A stretch of DNA of 64,000 bases. Origin: Eledone cirrhosa (Eukaryota). The stretch lies in NCBI GenBank assembly GCA_964016885.1, contig OZ024742.1, positions 126,852,001-126,916,000 on the forward strand. Direction: 5' to 3'. A program made the translations under genes and the position numbers. Shown here piece by piece: positions 28,919 to 42,278 of this stretch (positions are counted from its first letter, which is position 1; each line of letters begins with the position of its first letter). The notes under the pieces were generated by a model. It saw nothing but the letters and a program-made list of their open reading frames with translations, was not told the origin of the DNA and ran no database searches.

Positions 28919-30821
28919 GCAATAATAATAAAGATATATGAACAAACAGGTGGATTGGACCTTCGTCGATTATGGCGATGAGCTTTCAGTTGCCTCCACA
29001 TGAAATTAACATGCAAGTAACTAGGAATTCCACAGACACGTGTACCCTTAACGTAATTCTCGGGGAGACTGGACGTGACACAGCGTATGATAAGGCAAAC
29101 TATGATTGTTGCAGTTGTTCAGTCTTGAGTATTTTAAATCTGAACACAGTCAATTTCCTCTAGAGAGATAGAGAGTGGAGGCTAGAGGAGGATCGACCTG
29201 AATACTGTATTGGTATTTCATTTATCAACCTCGAAAGGATGAAAGGAAAAGTTGACCTCCGTGGGATTTGAATTCAAAGTGTTGAGCACCGGATCAAGTT
29301 CCGCAAACTATTTTATCAGGCGTTCACTTCACTGCCCTAATAGTTTCATATGTATACATTTTGGGATGTATCCATATAAAGGAAGTTTTATGATGGGGCT
29401 AAAAAATAACATCAACAACAGCAACACACGTCAGTAATACAGTATTGTTATTTTAGAGCAATGAGTTAATGGTTAACTATGATACTTACTAGATAAATAT
29501 ACTGGCACAGAGACATAACGTAAGTCTTGGAAACTAGGTTTTGAAAGTGAAAGAAAATTTAAAGTGTAATCACATGAGCGTTTGTTGACCAGGGTGGAGG
29601 AACCATTTTAGTAGGAGAAAATTACATAAGAACATATAAGAGCCCCATCTGTATTGAGAAAAACAATGGAGCTTTTATTTCACCAATTTGCAACTGATAT
29701 TATAACTGCAGTTACATCAAAGGGCAAGCTCACATTGTAACATCTTTCTTCAGACTAAATCATTAATATATATACTTGTTATGTTAATGTACAGTGGTAG
29801 GTATTTTTATAAGTGGAGATGAAAGTGTGTCTCGCTCGCAGGAATTCAGTTACCAGAGATCTAGAGTAGCACATTTAGTGCAAGCTTTTCGCCCACACAC
29901 ACTTTCATTTCTAGTTACAAAATCTTTTAACATAACAAATAACCAAACTTTCCTACTATGATCACTAATCCAATTGCAACAAACACCATCGGTTATACTT
30001 CCTTAAAGTGAAAGAAAAGATATTTAGAATGTATATAAATCAGTTGAATTTGTAGAGTATTTCCACTTAGCAAGTAGTTGGCTTTTGAGATGGAGGAATG
30101 TTCTAAAAGTTTCGCTCTCAACATATATATACACATAAACACACACACATACAAGAAAGAGAACAAACTAAATATAAACTACACCAATCTTACCATTTCT
30201 GACGTGCCCGGATATGCATAAACCCCTGCAGAACTATTTTTGAAAATAATAAATAACCGAACAAGTGAATTATCTCTCATCAAGAATCGAACACAAATAA
30301 AAATCTACTCTATGTTGCTTCAAGACATTTCGGTTCCGGAAGTTTTATTTGATTCGTTTATTATTTGGCTTTGATTAAAGATAATAGTTGTATATATTTC
30401 CGTCTGAGCTAATTATAATTAATAAAGATAATTTGTTTGTTTAATTTCCGTTGAAATTTTCGATATTATTTAATTTTATATATTCCGTCGCAGTTACGTA
30501 ATAAGATTATTATATGTAGTTTATTATGTTGTTTAATTTGTTATTTTTGGTTTTCTGAAATTGTTGGTTACTGAAATTTAATTAGACAATATGAAATTAT
30601 TTAAAATTATTGATCAAAGATCTGCGTTTAATCATGAATATGTGGAGAAACACGTGTGTATGCCTATGTGTGTAAATGAATGTGTTTAATTAGTCTGGTG
30701 TGTGAGTGTGTATGTCTTTCCATAGGACCATTGGTGAGAGGGGGGGGGGGCGAGAAAGTGAGAGAGTGACAGAGGGAGGGGGAGAGAGAGCGGCAGAGGG
30801 AGAGAGAAACACACACACACA

Positions 30822-31657
30822 CAGATACTGATTCCAATGAGGAGTGGTTTGTGAAAGAGCAATCCTTGCGCCTCCAAAACATCACAGTGAATGTCATCAA
30901 CATCTCTCATAAATGATCTCTGGAGATAGCCATATCTATAAATCTTTCGACAAAGTTATTGACGAGGACGAAGCTGTTCAATACCCCGTGGAATTTTTCA
31001 ATAGTATTGAACCATCTGGTATGGTACCTCAAAACCTTGAATTGAAGAGGGGCACAGTTAACATGCTTCTCAGAAACCAAGATCAACCATGATTGTGCAA
31101 TGGGGCAGATATGGTTGTGACTGAGCCACGGGCTCACATTATCAAGGCTAAGATCGTCACTGGATGTGGTAAGGGAGACACCGTATTTATCCCTAGAATA
31201 CTGCTATTATCAGCAGATGTCCGTTTTCATGTCAAACGATTGCAATTCTCAGTGAGAGTCAGTTACGCAATGACAATTAATAAGTCCCAAGGTCAAACAC
31301 TGCAGGTTGATGGTCTCCATCTAGAAGAGGGCTGTTTCTCACATGGTCATTTGTATGTAGGTTATACCAGAGTAGGAAGCCCCCACAAACTCTTCATATA
31401 TCCACCAAAGAAAACAGTTAAAACATTGTATATACTGAAGTTCTGTAAATGTTTTATAATTTTCATAGAATACATTTTCCTATTATTTTCTTTATTACTT
31501 TCTCTATTTCGATATTCTAAATATTTTTTTAAAATATGTTATGCAATATTTAAATAACTTTTAACATATTTTATTTCAAGGAAAATGGACATTTCGATAG
31601 ATGCCAATAGATGCGTTATAGATTTGAGCACAGTACAGACCGACCGGGTGACAGCTA

Positions 31658-31658
<1 letters not shown>
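30822..31658 (+). mobile_element. Helitron 3' fragment
   Basis: Contains a PIF1-type helicase C-terminus and ends CCGGGTGACAGCTAG|T (CTAG at 31655-31658), the canonical Helitron 3' terminus. Confidence 0.88.
30840..31448 (+). pseudogene. Disrupted PIF1-family (Helitron Rep/Hel) helicase C-terminus
   Basis: Motifs ERAILAP, YPVEFFNSIEPSGM, MLLRN, LCNG, FIPRI, RLQFSVRVSYAMTINKSQGQTL, FSHGHLYV, TRV, NIVYTEVL*. In-frame stops and frameshifts present. Confidence 0.93.
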
Positions 31659-31742
<84 letters not shown>

Positions 31743-31848
31743 GAGAAGAAAGAAGAATACTGCGTGGTTGCACATGGGTTACATATGATAAAATTAGTCC
31801 CTCGTCAGTGATTTGCCAACCATCATTGATATTTCATCGCATTATATA

Positions 31849-32330
31849 TTGGCAGTATTGGTAGAGGGTCGGACGCCATGCTTTCCAGCATAGTTACGTC
31901 CCTTTACGATCTGAGTTCAAATCCCGCCGAGGTTGACTTTGCCTTTCATCCTTACGGGGTCGATAAAATAAAGTACCAGTAATGCACTGGGTAATTGCTG
32001 GCCTTGTGCTTAAAGTAGAAACAATTAAATATATATATATATATATATATAAAGGTATTCTCCCATCAAGAACGACGCACAAGCGCTCAAATACAAGAGT
32101 AGATGTAATAATGATTTCTAGTATAGGCCAAGGCCAGTAAATTTTGAGGGAGGGGGACAGTCGATTAAATCGACCTCAGTGTATTACTGGTGCTTTATTT
32201 TATCGACCCCGTAAGGATGAAAGGCAAAGTTAACCTCGACGGAATTTGAACTCAGACGGTTAGGGGCCGTAACTCTATACTACATAACATGGTGTCCGAC
32301 TCTCTATCAATACTGCCAATCCACCACCCT
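31849..32330. mobile_element. Family A SINEs (31849-32025 +, 32108-32330 -)
   Basis: Family A consensus. Confidence 0.88.
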
Positions 32331-32453
32331 TCATAAACAATTAATATCTAATTTTTGTATCCTATAGAACTTCTATAGTGAAGAGAGCGAGAGAGAGAAC
32401 ACACAAATACTGGCTAGTGTGTGTAGGCAAATGTTTCATATTTATACACACAC

Positions 32454-32490
<37 letters not shown>

Positions 32491-32875
32491 AGTATAAATG
32501 AAAAGTATAAATGAAAAGTATAGAAATTATTGTAGCAAGAAGCCAACAGTATTCCATAATATATAAGTGACTATAGCGTCAAAATGGAAAAATAGTTAAC
32601 GTAAGATGTGGGAAAATAATTCAAACTCAATTCATATATATATATATATATATATATACACATGTATTAGAAAGTGAGGTTTTTTTTACAAAATGAAAAA
32701 TAACCGAGGTGTCCTACACGAGTGAAAGTATAAAGAAAAAGAAATGAAATTGAAAATGCAACTGGAGTCTTATTTTTTTTTTAAATATATATATTTATTT
32801 GCGCACATATATATATATATATATACGCGTTTGTGTATGTATATATATATATATACATACATACACAAACACATG

Positions 32876-32907
<32 letters not shown>

Positions 32908-33084
32908 CGCGCACGTGTATGTGTGCGTGTGCGTGTGTGTGTGCGTGCGCGTGTGTGTGTGTGTGGCAACAACCTGAACATATTTAATTTTGATTTAATA
33001 AATGATTACATATGTTTACTCGTGATACTGATGTGGATCATACGGTTGCGATTAGCGTCATTTCATATTTCATTATACGCTAAT

Positions 33085-34175
33085 AATAATTGTTTCTACT
33101 TTAGGCACAAGGCCAGCAATTACCCAGTACTTTACTGGTACTCTATTTTATCGACCCTGTAAGGATGAAAGGCAAAGTTAACCTTAGACGCTAATAATAA
33201 TGGTTTCTTTTATAGGCACAAGGCCAGAAATTACCCCAGTGCATTACTGGTACTTTATTTTATCGACCCTGTAAGGATGAAAGGCAAAGTTAACCTTAGA
33301 CGATTTGAACTCAGAACATGGTGACTGACGCTTTACCGATACTGCCAAACCACTGCCCTTATAATAATTGTTTCTACTTTTGGCACAAGGCAATTCACCA
33401 GCGTATTACTGGTACTTTATTTTATCGACCCCATAAGGATGAAAGGCAAAGTCAACCTCGGCGGGATTTGAACTCAGATCGTAAAGGGACGTAACTATGC
33501 TGGAAAGCATGGCGTCCGACCCTCTACCGATACTGTCAAATAATAATTATTTCTAATTTAGGCACAAATACAGCAAATTGTTGGGGAGGAAATATCGGTT
33601 ATATTGACCCTAATACTTCACTGGTACTTTATTCTATCGTCCAAGAAGTTGACCTCGGCGGGATTTTAGTTCAGAACGTAGAAAGTCGTAACTAAGTATT
33701 TTGTCCGATGCTCTACCGATACTGGCAACCCGTATAATGATTTCTAATTTAGGCACAAGGCCAGCACTTTGAGGGTGGGGATTAAGCAGATTAAATCGAC
33801 CCCAGTACTTGACTGGTACTTTATATTATCGATCTCCGAAGGATAAAAAATATAGCTAACCACGACGGTATTTGAACTCAGAACGTAAAGGGGCGTAACT
33901 ATATGCCGCAACGGATATTCTCCAAAAGTCTATCGATACTGTCAATCCACCACCCTAATAATGGTTTCTTATATAGGCACAAGGCCAGCAATTCGAGGGG
34001 AAGGGAAAGTCGATTAAATCGACCCCAGTTCGTTACTGGTACTTTATTTTATCAAACATATATAAATGAAAGAAAATCTAACCTCAGCGGGATTTGAATT
34101 CAGAATGTAATGAGCCATAACTATATGCCACAAAGAATGTTGTCCGATATTTTACCGATTCTATCAAACTACCAC
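33085..34175 (-). mobile_element. Stack of about six co-oriented family A SINEs and fragments
   Basis: Repeated GGCACAAGGCCAG...TTATCGAC...GATTTGAACTCAG units joined at AAT-rich tails. Confidence 0.88.
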
Positions 34176-34971
34176 CATAACAACAACAACAATAATTTTA
34201 AATGTTTCGATTCATATTCGCGCCTGGTGAAACATCCACCTTTTGCCAAATGTCTTAGTCAATATCCGGTAATATTATATGAAATTAAATTAATTATTGA
34301 GAAAAGAAGGTAAGTTATCCGACATCGTCTGTTTCAGTGAAATACTGTTTAGTTTGAATAGGTAAAGTGTTTCCTATTTTTTAAGGTTTCGGGTCATAAA
34401 TCGTATACTATTGATTATTGATTGATGTAGTATAAACTATATATCCAAAACAAAATGAAGCATGAATGACAAAAGCGGATGTCCGGTTTTGGAAACATAG
34501 GTAAAAAAAATAACGGAAAAGTTGAGTGAGAGGGGTGTAGAGAATGGAAGAAAGAAGGGAGAGACGACAGAGATTGGTGAGTGGGGGAAAGGTAAGAGGA
34601 GAAAGAGGGGGAGAGGGGAGACGGGGAGAAGGGAAAGAGGGCGAGAGGGGAACGGTGGAGACGAGAGAAAGGGGGGGAAAGAGAGGGGGAGAGAAGGGAA
34701 AGAGAGAAATAGCAAAGGAAATCTGACCTACTCATGTTGAAGCTGTACAGTTCTTAGCTTACGTTCCGTTGCTGATCAAATCACAGACTGTTTCCCTCAT
34801 TACCACACGACTCTTCCACTGATGTTAGTCTAATTTACATTAAATATCACGAAACATTGATTGAAATATTTGGAAATTTATATTTTTTTAGCTATGTTAT
34901 GTGCAACAATATTTTCACTGTGTTTTTACCTGGTACTTTCATAGTACCTCAGTTACATACTCCTGTAACTC

Positions 34972-35190
34972 CTCGGGGTGTTGTAGGGGTAATGAACGAC
35001 GTTTCTAAAGCATTTTTAAACTGGCGGAGCCCCAATCCTCTCCAGGTCTGAATACAGCAGATTTCTTCCAGAGAAGGACGTGGGGTGAGAGAATGGAAGT
35101 AAGAACAAAGTAAGAGTAAAGAGTCAAAATCGACTGCTACTTCTTTCATTGACGTCGAATGGACGAAAGGCAAAGTTGACATCGGTGGTA
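34972..35190 (-). mobile_element. SINE family A long-tail copy
   Basis: GCATTTTTAAACTGGCGGAGCCC...CAGGTCTGAATACAGCAGATTTCTTCC tail plus core. Confidence 0.7.
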
Positions 35191-35410
35191 TTTGTCACCT
35201 ATACTACACATCTTATGGGCAACCAATTTCAATACTAGCCTGGATATTTTTCCCCTTGTACTTTTCATAGTAACATAGTCAAGAAAGTTAAAAAGACAGC
35301 GCAAAGTTGAGAGTATCAATTCCAGGCATTCAAACACACAAACCTAATGAAAAAAGATGACAATAAAGACTATATTTTCAAGACGCGTAATATCTGCATT
35401 TGCCGCGGAA

Positions 35411-35448
<38 letters not shown>

Positions 35449-35859
35449 ATATATATATATTATATATATATATTATATATATGTATGTATATAGTCTGTG
35501 TAATTTTTGTTAAATACGTCATGGATGTAGAGTGTGTATTCTCTCATTAAAAACTTTTCACCTGACCTTAGAGGAGATAAGATGCATTGAAAGTTACATT
35601 TTTGTAAGATCATCTTTCTTCTTCAATAGAAGAATGAAATTACTATAAAAATAGATTATACAATGGTTACATAAAATTTATGAAACGATGAGTTTCTAAT
35701 TAAGACAAGAAAACCAGAGTAACCAATGTATAATATATAATTCGTCATATTTTTATATACATATTTCAACCCTACATTTATAGATAAACATATATAGATA
35801 CGCTTACATACACCCCCTACATATAATTTATCACATCTGGATTTCTGAAATAAAATTTC

Positions 35860-36545
35860 TATATCGATATTGGTTATGAAATATAGTTGGCATTTAGCAC
35901 AAATATGTTTTTAATTGATTGTATTTTATATTACAACAATCGTGTTAGAAAGCAAACTTGAAAGAAATTTTCTTTACAAAGAGATTAAAAAAGAATATAT
36001 AGTGTACAAGAGCCAAGTATTATAATATCTTTATAGGCTTCAGGAATATTATGAACAATATAGCAATATCATTTACCGTTTAGTTGAAAAGGTTTACTCT
36101 TACCCACAGCCTCTGTATCAAACCAGACATTTAAAAAAAAGAACAACTTATTTTCACAGTAATACCTCCAGAGTTTAACGTTAATCAGTTTTATCTTTTT
36201 GTTTAACATGGAATAATGTTTGATCATTTTCTTGGCAACTACTCAAGCAATAAATGTATATATCAATGTATTCTTCTCATTTTACCCAACTAGTTGAAGC
36301 AATTAAATGGTACAATAATTTCCTAGCATATTGTTAGAACCTCTTGATTGTACGTATTTACCATTTACTTTTTTGTTTGGCTTTTTTTTCCTAAATGAAC
36401 TAATGCAATCGTTGATTCTTTCATTATCACTTCGGAAAATACGGTGAAGGCTCTACTTCAGTGATGAGGTTGTAGTGAAATTATCACAGCTACGGAACAT
36501 AGGCTAAAATAACTATAACGTAATAACTAGAAATATCTATCATAA
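35860..36545 (-). pseudogene. Possible highly degenerate Penelope-like reverse transcriptase relic
   Basis: Minus-strand motif traces in PLE order, with frameshifts: SYYV..VP (motif A-like, ~36500-36530), NGKYVQSRG (~36340-36365), YIDI (YIDD-like, ~36265), NKLFFFLNV (LPFLDV-like, ~36130), HNIPEAYKDII (~36045), IKNIFVLNANY (NGY-like, ~35895). Confidence 0.4.
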
Positions 36546-37771
36546 AACATTGGTATTTAAGCCCAGCTCAAATTAAGCTTTGGCTAGATTGGCGCTCTGT
36601 CTGTTCTCTTATAGACACTTGACAAGAGTCTTCGACTGTGGCGGTCACCAATAATCGGTGTTGTTACAGTCACATCAAAGTATAACTCATCAAAGCGCTA
36701 TCTTCTCGCAACCAAAATCCCCGCATTCCCACACTCATTCACAAATTCCAATATATCTCTGTAAGGTACTATTCTGTGAACACTACATTTAGCAACCAGT
36801 TGAAAACTTCTGTTATATAAAATCATTTACGTATTCTGGTTGCTTTATATTTTCCTACATGGTATCGTCGTATACCATGAAACGAATAAAAAATATCAAA
36901 ATTAGCAGTTTAACTTCCTTGTTGGTCTGTCTCAATTCATTATTGGTCCTGGTTGGTTTTCAACCACACTAATCAACTTTTACAACAGACTACAACTCAA
37001 CGACCAACTTCAACAACCGACAAAACTACATTTTAGGAGATATGTGTTAGCTTGTTAACAACTCAACCAACTGAAAACAATGAAAATAACATTATTCTTT
37101 AACTGATATCATTTTTTCTTCACCGTTTTAAGTTCATCTTTTGATAATCTCCCCTCACTGTAATAACCATGCTGAGACTGTGTTAAAATAAATGAATATC
37201 TATAACTAGCATCTGTAATCACATTGACAACATCACATCCTGATGAAATCCAGAAGTGGCTTCCGGTCTTAAGCTAAAATACACAGAACTTACCCGAGTC
37301 TTTCGAAGATTTATAAGTACGTTCGTAGAGGCCATTCTCAGTAATGTCTGAAATGAAAAGGAATGAGTTAGAGGTAACATGCCATGCAGTTAGAAACGCT
37401 GGAAGGTTTGCCTGCTTTTGGGGTAAACATTTCATAGATACATTTAAAGTGGAGAAGGAGAGAGCGAGAGGGTGGAAAGGGTAGGTAAAGTGTTAATTTG
37501 ATTAATTAGCAGCATGGCAAGATATAAATATACAAAAGTCAAAGAGCAAAGTTAAAAAAAAAAGGTCAAAGTTCACAGCAATGGTCAACTAGTTTGTGGG
37601 AAAGCAATACCATGCTAAGTAACGTCGGGAAATGTTAGCTTAGCGGAGGGAGAGGGGGTCAGGGATCTTGGTTGTCTGGAAATATTGGAGGTATAAAGGG
37701 ATGTGGATAGATATAATAGTTGGGGAGTTGGGGAGGGACGGTAATATGGAGAAAACATTGTGATAAAATGA

Positions 37772-37940
<169 letters not shown>

Positions 37941-39204
37941 GGAAAGTTGGGAAAGCAAGAGACGAGCTAGACGAGGGTGTGAGGGGGGATTAGAAAGAGA
38001 ATAGAAACAATGAGAGAGAGAAAAAAGAGAAGAGAACAGTGTCTGGGTGTGTGTGAGAGAGAGTGAGGAGAGAGAGAAATCATATAGATAGATGAAAAGA
38101 GAGATATAGAGGGACGTGAAAAAGGGACGAGAAAAGAGAAGAAGTGAGGAAGTGATAGAAACGATTTTAAAAGGTAGACAAAGCCATGAAGAGAAGAAGT
38201 AACTGAGAGCAACGTTGAGATTAGAATATCTTTAATGTACGTTCATGCTCTAATTAAATAAATAGATGGGTTATAAGAATAAGTCATACGTCACAAGGCA
38301 ACCAAATATTAAAAAAAATAAAAAAGCATCATGCTAAACCTAACACAAAAATAAGAGTTTCTGTACGAAGACAAATATAACAGTTTTGAGTTGTCAAAGA
38401 TAATCTACCACACCGAAAAATAGATATTTACGTGGTCGTCGTTAAAGTGTTAAAAATGAAGTATATTCATTAATATTATTACAACCTCGTCCTGCTAAAA
38501 TCCATTGGAAGGCAGGTACGTCGCTATAAGGAGCTGCTGAAGACAGTTGCCTTAATTGAAAACAAAAAGTAATACTAAATCTGCGCTACTGAAAATTTCT
38601 CTGTATATTTTGTCGTCATACTTCCAACTATTTCATACGATTCTAGTTTGTTTTTGTATTTTCCTTATATTCCTTACAGCTTAGTAATTCTTTAAATTTA
38701 TTTTTATTCTCCGAACTTTTATTAATTATATATCTTGGTCATTCCTTCTTCAATCCGAAAACCACTTCCCAAAAATATTGTTTCTTGGAGAATTATTATT
38801 ACAGATGTATTGATGATGCTAAACAAAACAACTTGTGAATAAGGGTTCAATCCCGTAGCTATGCTAATTTATACATATACATTTTTGATGAAAAATTCAG
38901 TGTTCGTCTCATACGGTAATCATTCAATTTTTAATGGGATTAAATCGATTTGTATCGCTTGTTTTATAAGAGCTTAAATATGACTTAGTAGCGGTGAACA
39001 ATCATGAGTAGTACTTAATATACGTGTATATATTTCACGATAGTTACAAACAACTCATAATAATTTCAAACAAAATTAAGGTGGAACTTGCAGCTAAACA
39101 AAGGTTGGACCAGAAACGCTTGGAGCATTCCAAGCAAAGAATATTGCCGCCGAAATATATATTAATCCATTTATCTATCAAATCTTGTATATATGGATCC
39201 GTAA

Positions 39205-39525
39205 CTTCCGAGGGAGTCGTAGAGGCACCGCATTGATATGCAGCGTTTCTACGGCATTTTTAAAACCAGGCGAAGCCCATCTCTTCGTCAGGTCTGAATA
39301 TAGCAGATTTCTTCCGGAGAAGGATATAGAATGAGAGAATGGAAGTGAGAAAGAGATATCAAAGCAGAATCGACCCAGTACTATTCTGGTTCTATTTTAT
39401 CGACTTCGAATGGATGAAAGGCTAAATTGACCTCGGCAAGAATTGAACTCAAATAGCAGAGAGCCGAAACGAATATCGCAAGGCTTTCTATTCGATGTTC
39501 TAACGATTCTGACATTTTGTCGCCT
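39205..39525 (-). mobile_element. Near full-length family A long-tail SINE
   Basis: Tail, core TTTATCGACTTCGAATGGATGAAAGG and tRNA-like head all present. Confidence 0.8.
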
Positions 39526-39549
39526 TCTCTATCAAGTCATACTCTCGTT

Positions 39550-39655
39550 AAAAACAATCTTTGCTATAAACTCAGTATCTTCTTAAAAACAGTCTTTGCT
39601 ATAAACTCAGTATCTACTTTGAAACAATCTTTGTAATAAACTCAGTATCTTCTTC
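39550..39655. repeat. Three copies of a ~36-bp tandem repeat
   Basis: AAACAATCTTTGCTATAAACTCAGTATCT repeated three times. Confidence 0.85.
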
Positions 39656-40845
39656 CCAGCACATCTGATTGACTGATACCTCAAATGCTTATATCAATCA
39701 GCAATTAATATGTGAAGGAAAGTTGATGATTGACGAACAATACTTTGTAATAAGGTTTTCAAGAATATTGACACACTCTGTAAGTCTAACAGATTCAAAT
39801 ATTTCTTCCCGAACATTTACATCTCTTGCAGTCTCAACTTTATTCTCTACCATTTAATTCATTAATGAATGAACAGAAATTCTGTGAAGTAAAGACTGAA
39901 AACATGGCGGCGATCAACCATGAGGAAAAAAAGACAATGGCTTAGCACTGTTAAATATTTATAAAATTGACTAGATTGTGAAAGTCATCATCAAGGAAAA
40001 CATTCTGCATAGAATTGATACTTCAGGTGGTCTAAAAGTTCAAACCAATTTAAACCATTGATGTTCTTATGTTACATAGAATTTTAATTTTAACTCATAT
40101 ATGACTAGTAGCATTTTATCGATTTTTTGTTTTTTGAAAATATGCAAATGATGTCTGCTAAAGTTTTACCTCGGTTAAGTTTCTAGAGAGAGTAATATTA
40201 GTTACATAGTTTACGAGAGAGCAAATCGATAGCTCTTTCTTCCTTGCAATTTGTAACCCAAAGAAATAATCTCTACATGGTCACTCAACCAGCTAAAAAT
40301 AGAAGCCAAAGTGTTTCAAGTCACATTCTGACGTCTTTCAAAAAACAAAATAAATAAATAAAAAAAGGAAGGATACAAGAGATAATGTAGTTTTTTCTAC
40401 ATATACTATGAACCCCCCCCACCACCACCACCACTAAAAAAAAAAACTTACAAAAAAAAACAAAGACAAAAACAAACAAAAATGTTATAATCACAATTGG
40501 GTCACCTTTAATCATCGATCTGATTATGTGTATGGAAGTTGGACAATGAAAGAGGGAGAGGAGGGTATCAATAATGAAAGAGAATGACAGAGAAATTGGG
40601 TGATTATGACTAAAAGAGAGTTGTGAATTGAGAGTTGGGTCTGTGTGTGTAAGTGCGTATGAGCATGTATGTGTGTGTGTGTGGATGCGCATATATAAAA
40701 AAAAAACATACATACGCAGATGTATTAACTGAATGTCTGATAATGTGAACATTTAATAGATAAAGCAGAGATTGAATAAAATACCAGTAATACAACAGTG
40801 TTATTTCATTACACCATTATACACATTCTGCTAAATAAAATAACA

Positions 40846-40938
40846 ATTAGTAAATCCAATATACCAAACAAACTTAAAATCAACCTGTTTAGATCAACAG
40901 TAAAACCTATACTTCACTATAGTTCTGAGACTTGGACC
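40846..40938 (+). pseudogene. RTE-clade LINE RT thumb fragment
   Basis: ISKSNIPNKLKINLFRSTVKPILHYSSETWT matches the RTE motif K..LF...V..ILLYGSETWT. Confidence 0.7.
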
Positions 40939-41240
40939 TGGCTCTCTCGTCTTCAAAGATGTCACTATCAATTGTACCCCGGTTTTAATATTGCTAAATA
41001 TTGTTTCCCAAATATATCCTCAAGTAAAGTTGTTCATTATATATATATGTATATATATATATATATATATATAAAATGATAAGAAACGAAAGGAGGTGTG
41101 TGGTTACTGTAAACAAAGTTTAAAATGGTAGTATGGACGAAAGAAGAGAAGAAAAGAAAAGAAGAAAAGAAAAGAAGAAAAGAAAAGAAGAAAAGAATCC
41201 TTCATGAGTTGTAAACCAAGTTCAAAATTTTTGGCGCATA

Positions 41241-41363
<123 letters not shown>

Positions 41364-41674
41364 ATGCTAATTAGCACGTCTATTTCAGAATAATACTAAG
41401 AGCAATTAGGTATATATACCCATCAAATACATGTTTCCTTGTGGTTGGTGGGATGATATAAACGGCGAGGGTCTAATTAGACTCGAAAATCGATTAAATA
41501 TGTATTTCATTTTCTCAATTTACAGGGAAATTCGTATTTTCTGGCATGTAATTCATATTTTCATGCTTAGATATTAGATATGTGTATATATTTTATATAC
41601 ACATAGTTGCATTCTCGGTTACATACTCTACATTTATAATATAGCTCGGCAGCTAATGCATTTATTATATATAT

Positions 41675-42087
41675 CGAAAAGAAGTAAGTAACATAGTCAC
41701 TACATTAAAAATGATAGCGCAGTGTCTTCTAAATGTTTTTAATTAAACATACGTTATATTGCATACATACATTCATGTATACATCGCTATTTCAGAGCCC
41801 CAATCCTAATACCTAATTTTTGCTGGACCAGCAATCGCTCTGTATAATCAGCTCCTGATTATTACTGGAATTCTATAAGAATCTAGCTTCTATAATTTTC
41901 GGCGAAAGCAGGGGAGTGTGTGGTTCTGATGAACGCCAACCAGCGTGAAACAGACTGTCAGCTTCTCTCCCTTCTTTAGCCGAAAAGAAGTAAGTGACAT
42001 AGTCATTACTTTAAAAATGATAGCGTATGGGCTTCTAAATGTTTTTAATTAAACATACGGTATATTGCCAAATATACTATACATACA

Positions 42088-42092
<5 letters not shown>
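41675..42092 (+). mobile_element. Retrozyme-like / PLE pLTR-like element: 306-bp unit in ~1.36 tandem copies with one hammerhead, inserted in TA repeats
   Basis: 41675-41762 and 41981-42068 are direct repeats (8 differences in 88 bp). Hammerhead at 41896-41986. TA repeats on both flanks. Confidence 0.75.
41896..41986 (+). ncRNA. Type I hammerhead ribozyme with extended stem I
   Basis: CTGATGA 41926-41932; stem II ACGC(CAACCA)GCGT; GAAA 41947-41950; stem III ACAG-A-CTGT; GTC cut after 41959. Stem I is GGTT/AGCT, an internal loop, GGGAG/CTCCC, then TTTTCGGCgAAAG/CTTTaGCCGAAAA. Confidence 0.9.
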
Positions 42093-42127
<35 letters not shown>

Positions 42128-42220
42128 TATATATATGAGGATGGTCATGTTGCCAATACGCACTATTTGATTTTCACTTTGGCTGTATTATTAATCTACT
42201 GTCTCTTTCTCTCACAGAGA

Positions 42221-42278
<58 letters not shown>

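Noticed and set aside
31093-31557. Host PIF1 helicase gene
   Set aside because: Intronless, has stops and frameshifts, and is followed by a Helitron CTAG terminus.
37235-37280. CTGATGA followed by a hairpin
   Set aside because: No GAAA after the stem and no stem I.
39899-39945. AACATGGCGGCG start-codon or YY1-like motif
   Set aside because: The frame closes within about 14 codons and there is no donor site or promoter context.
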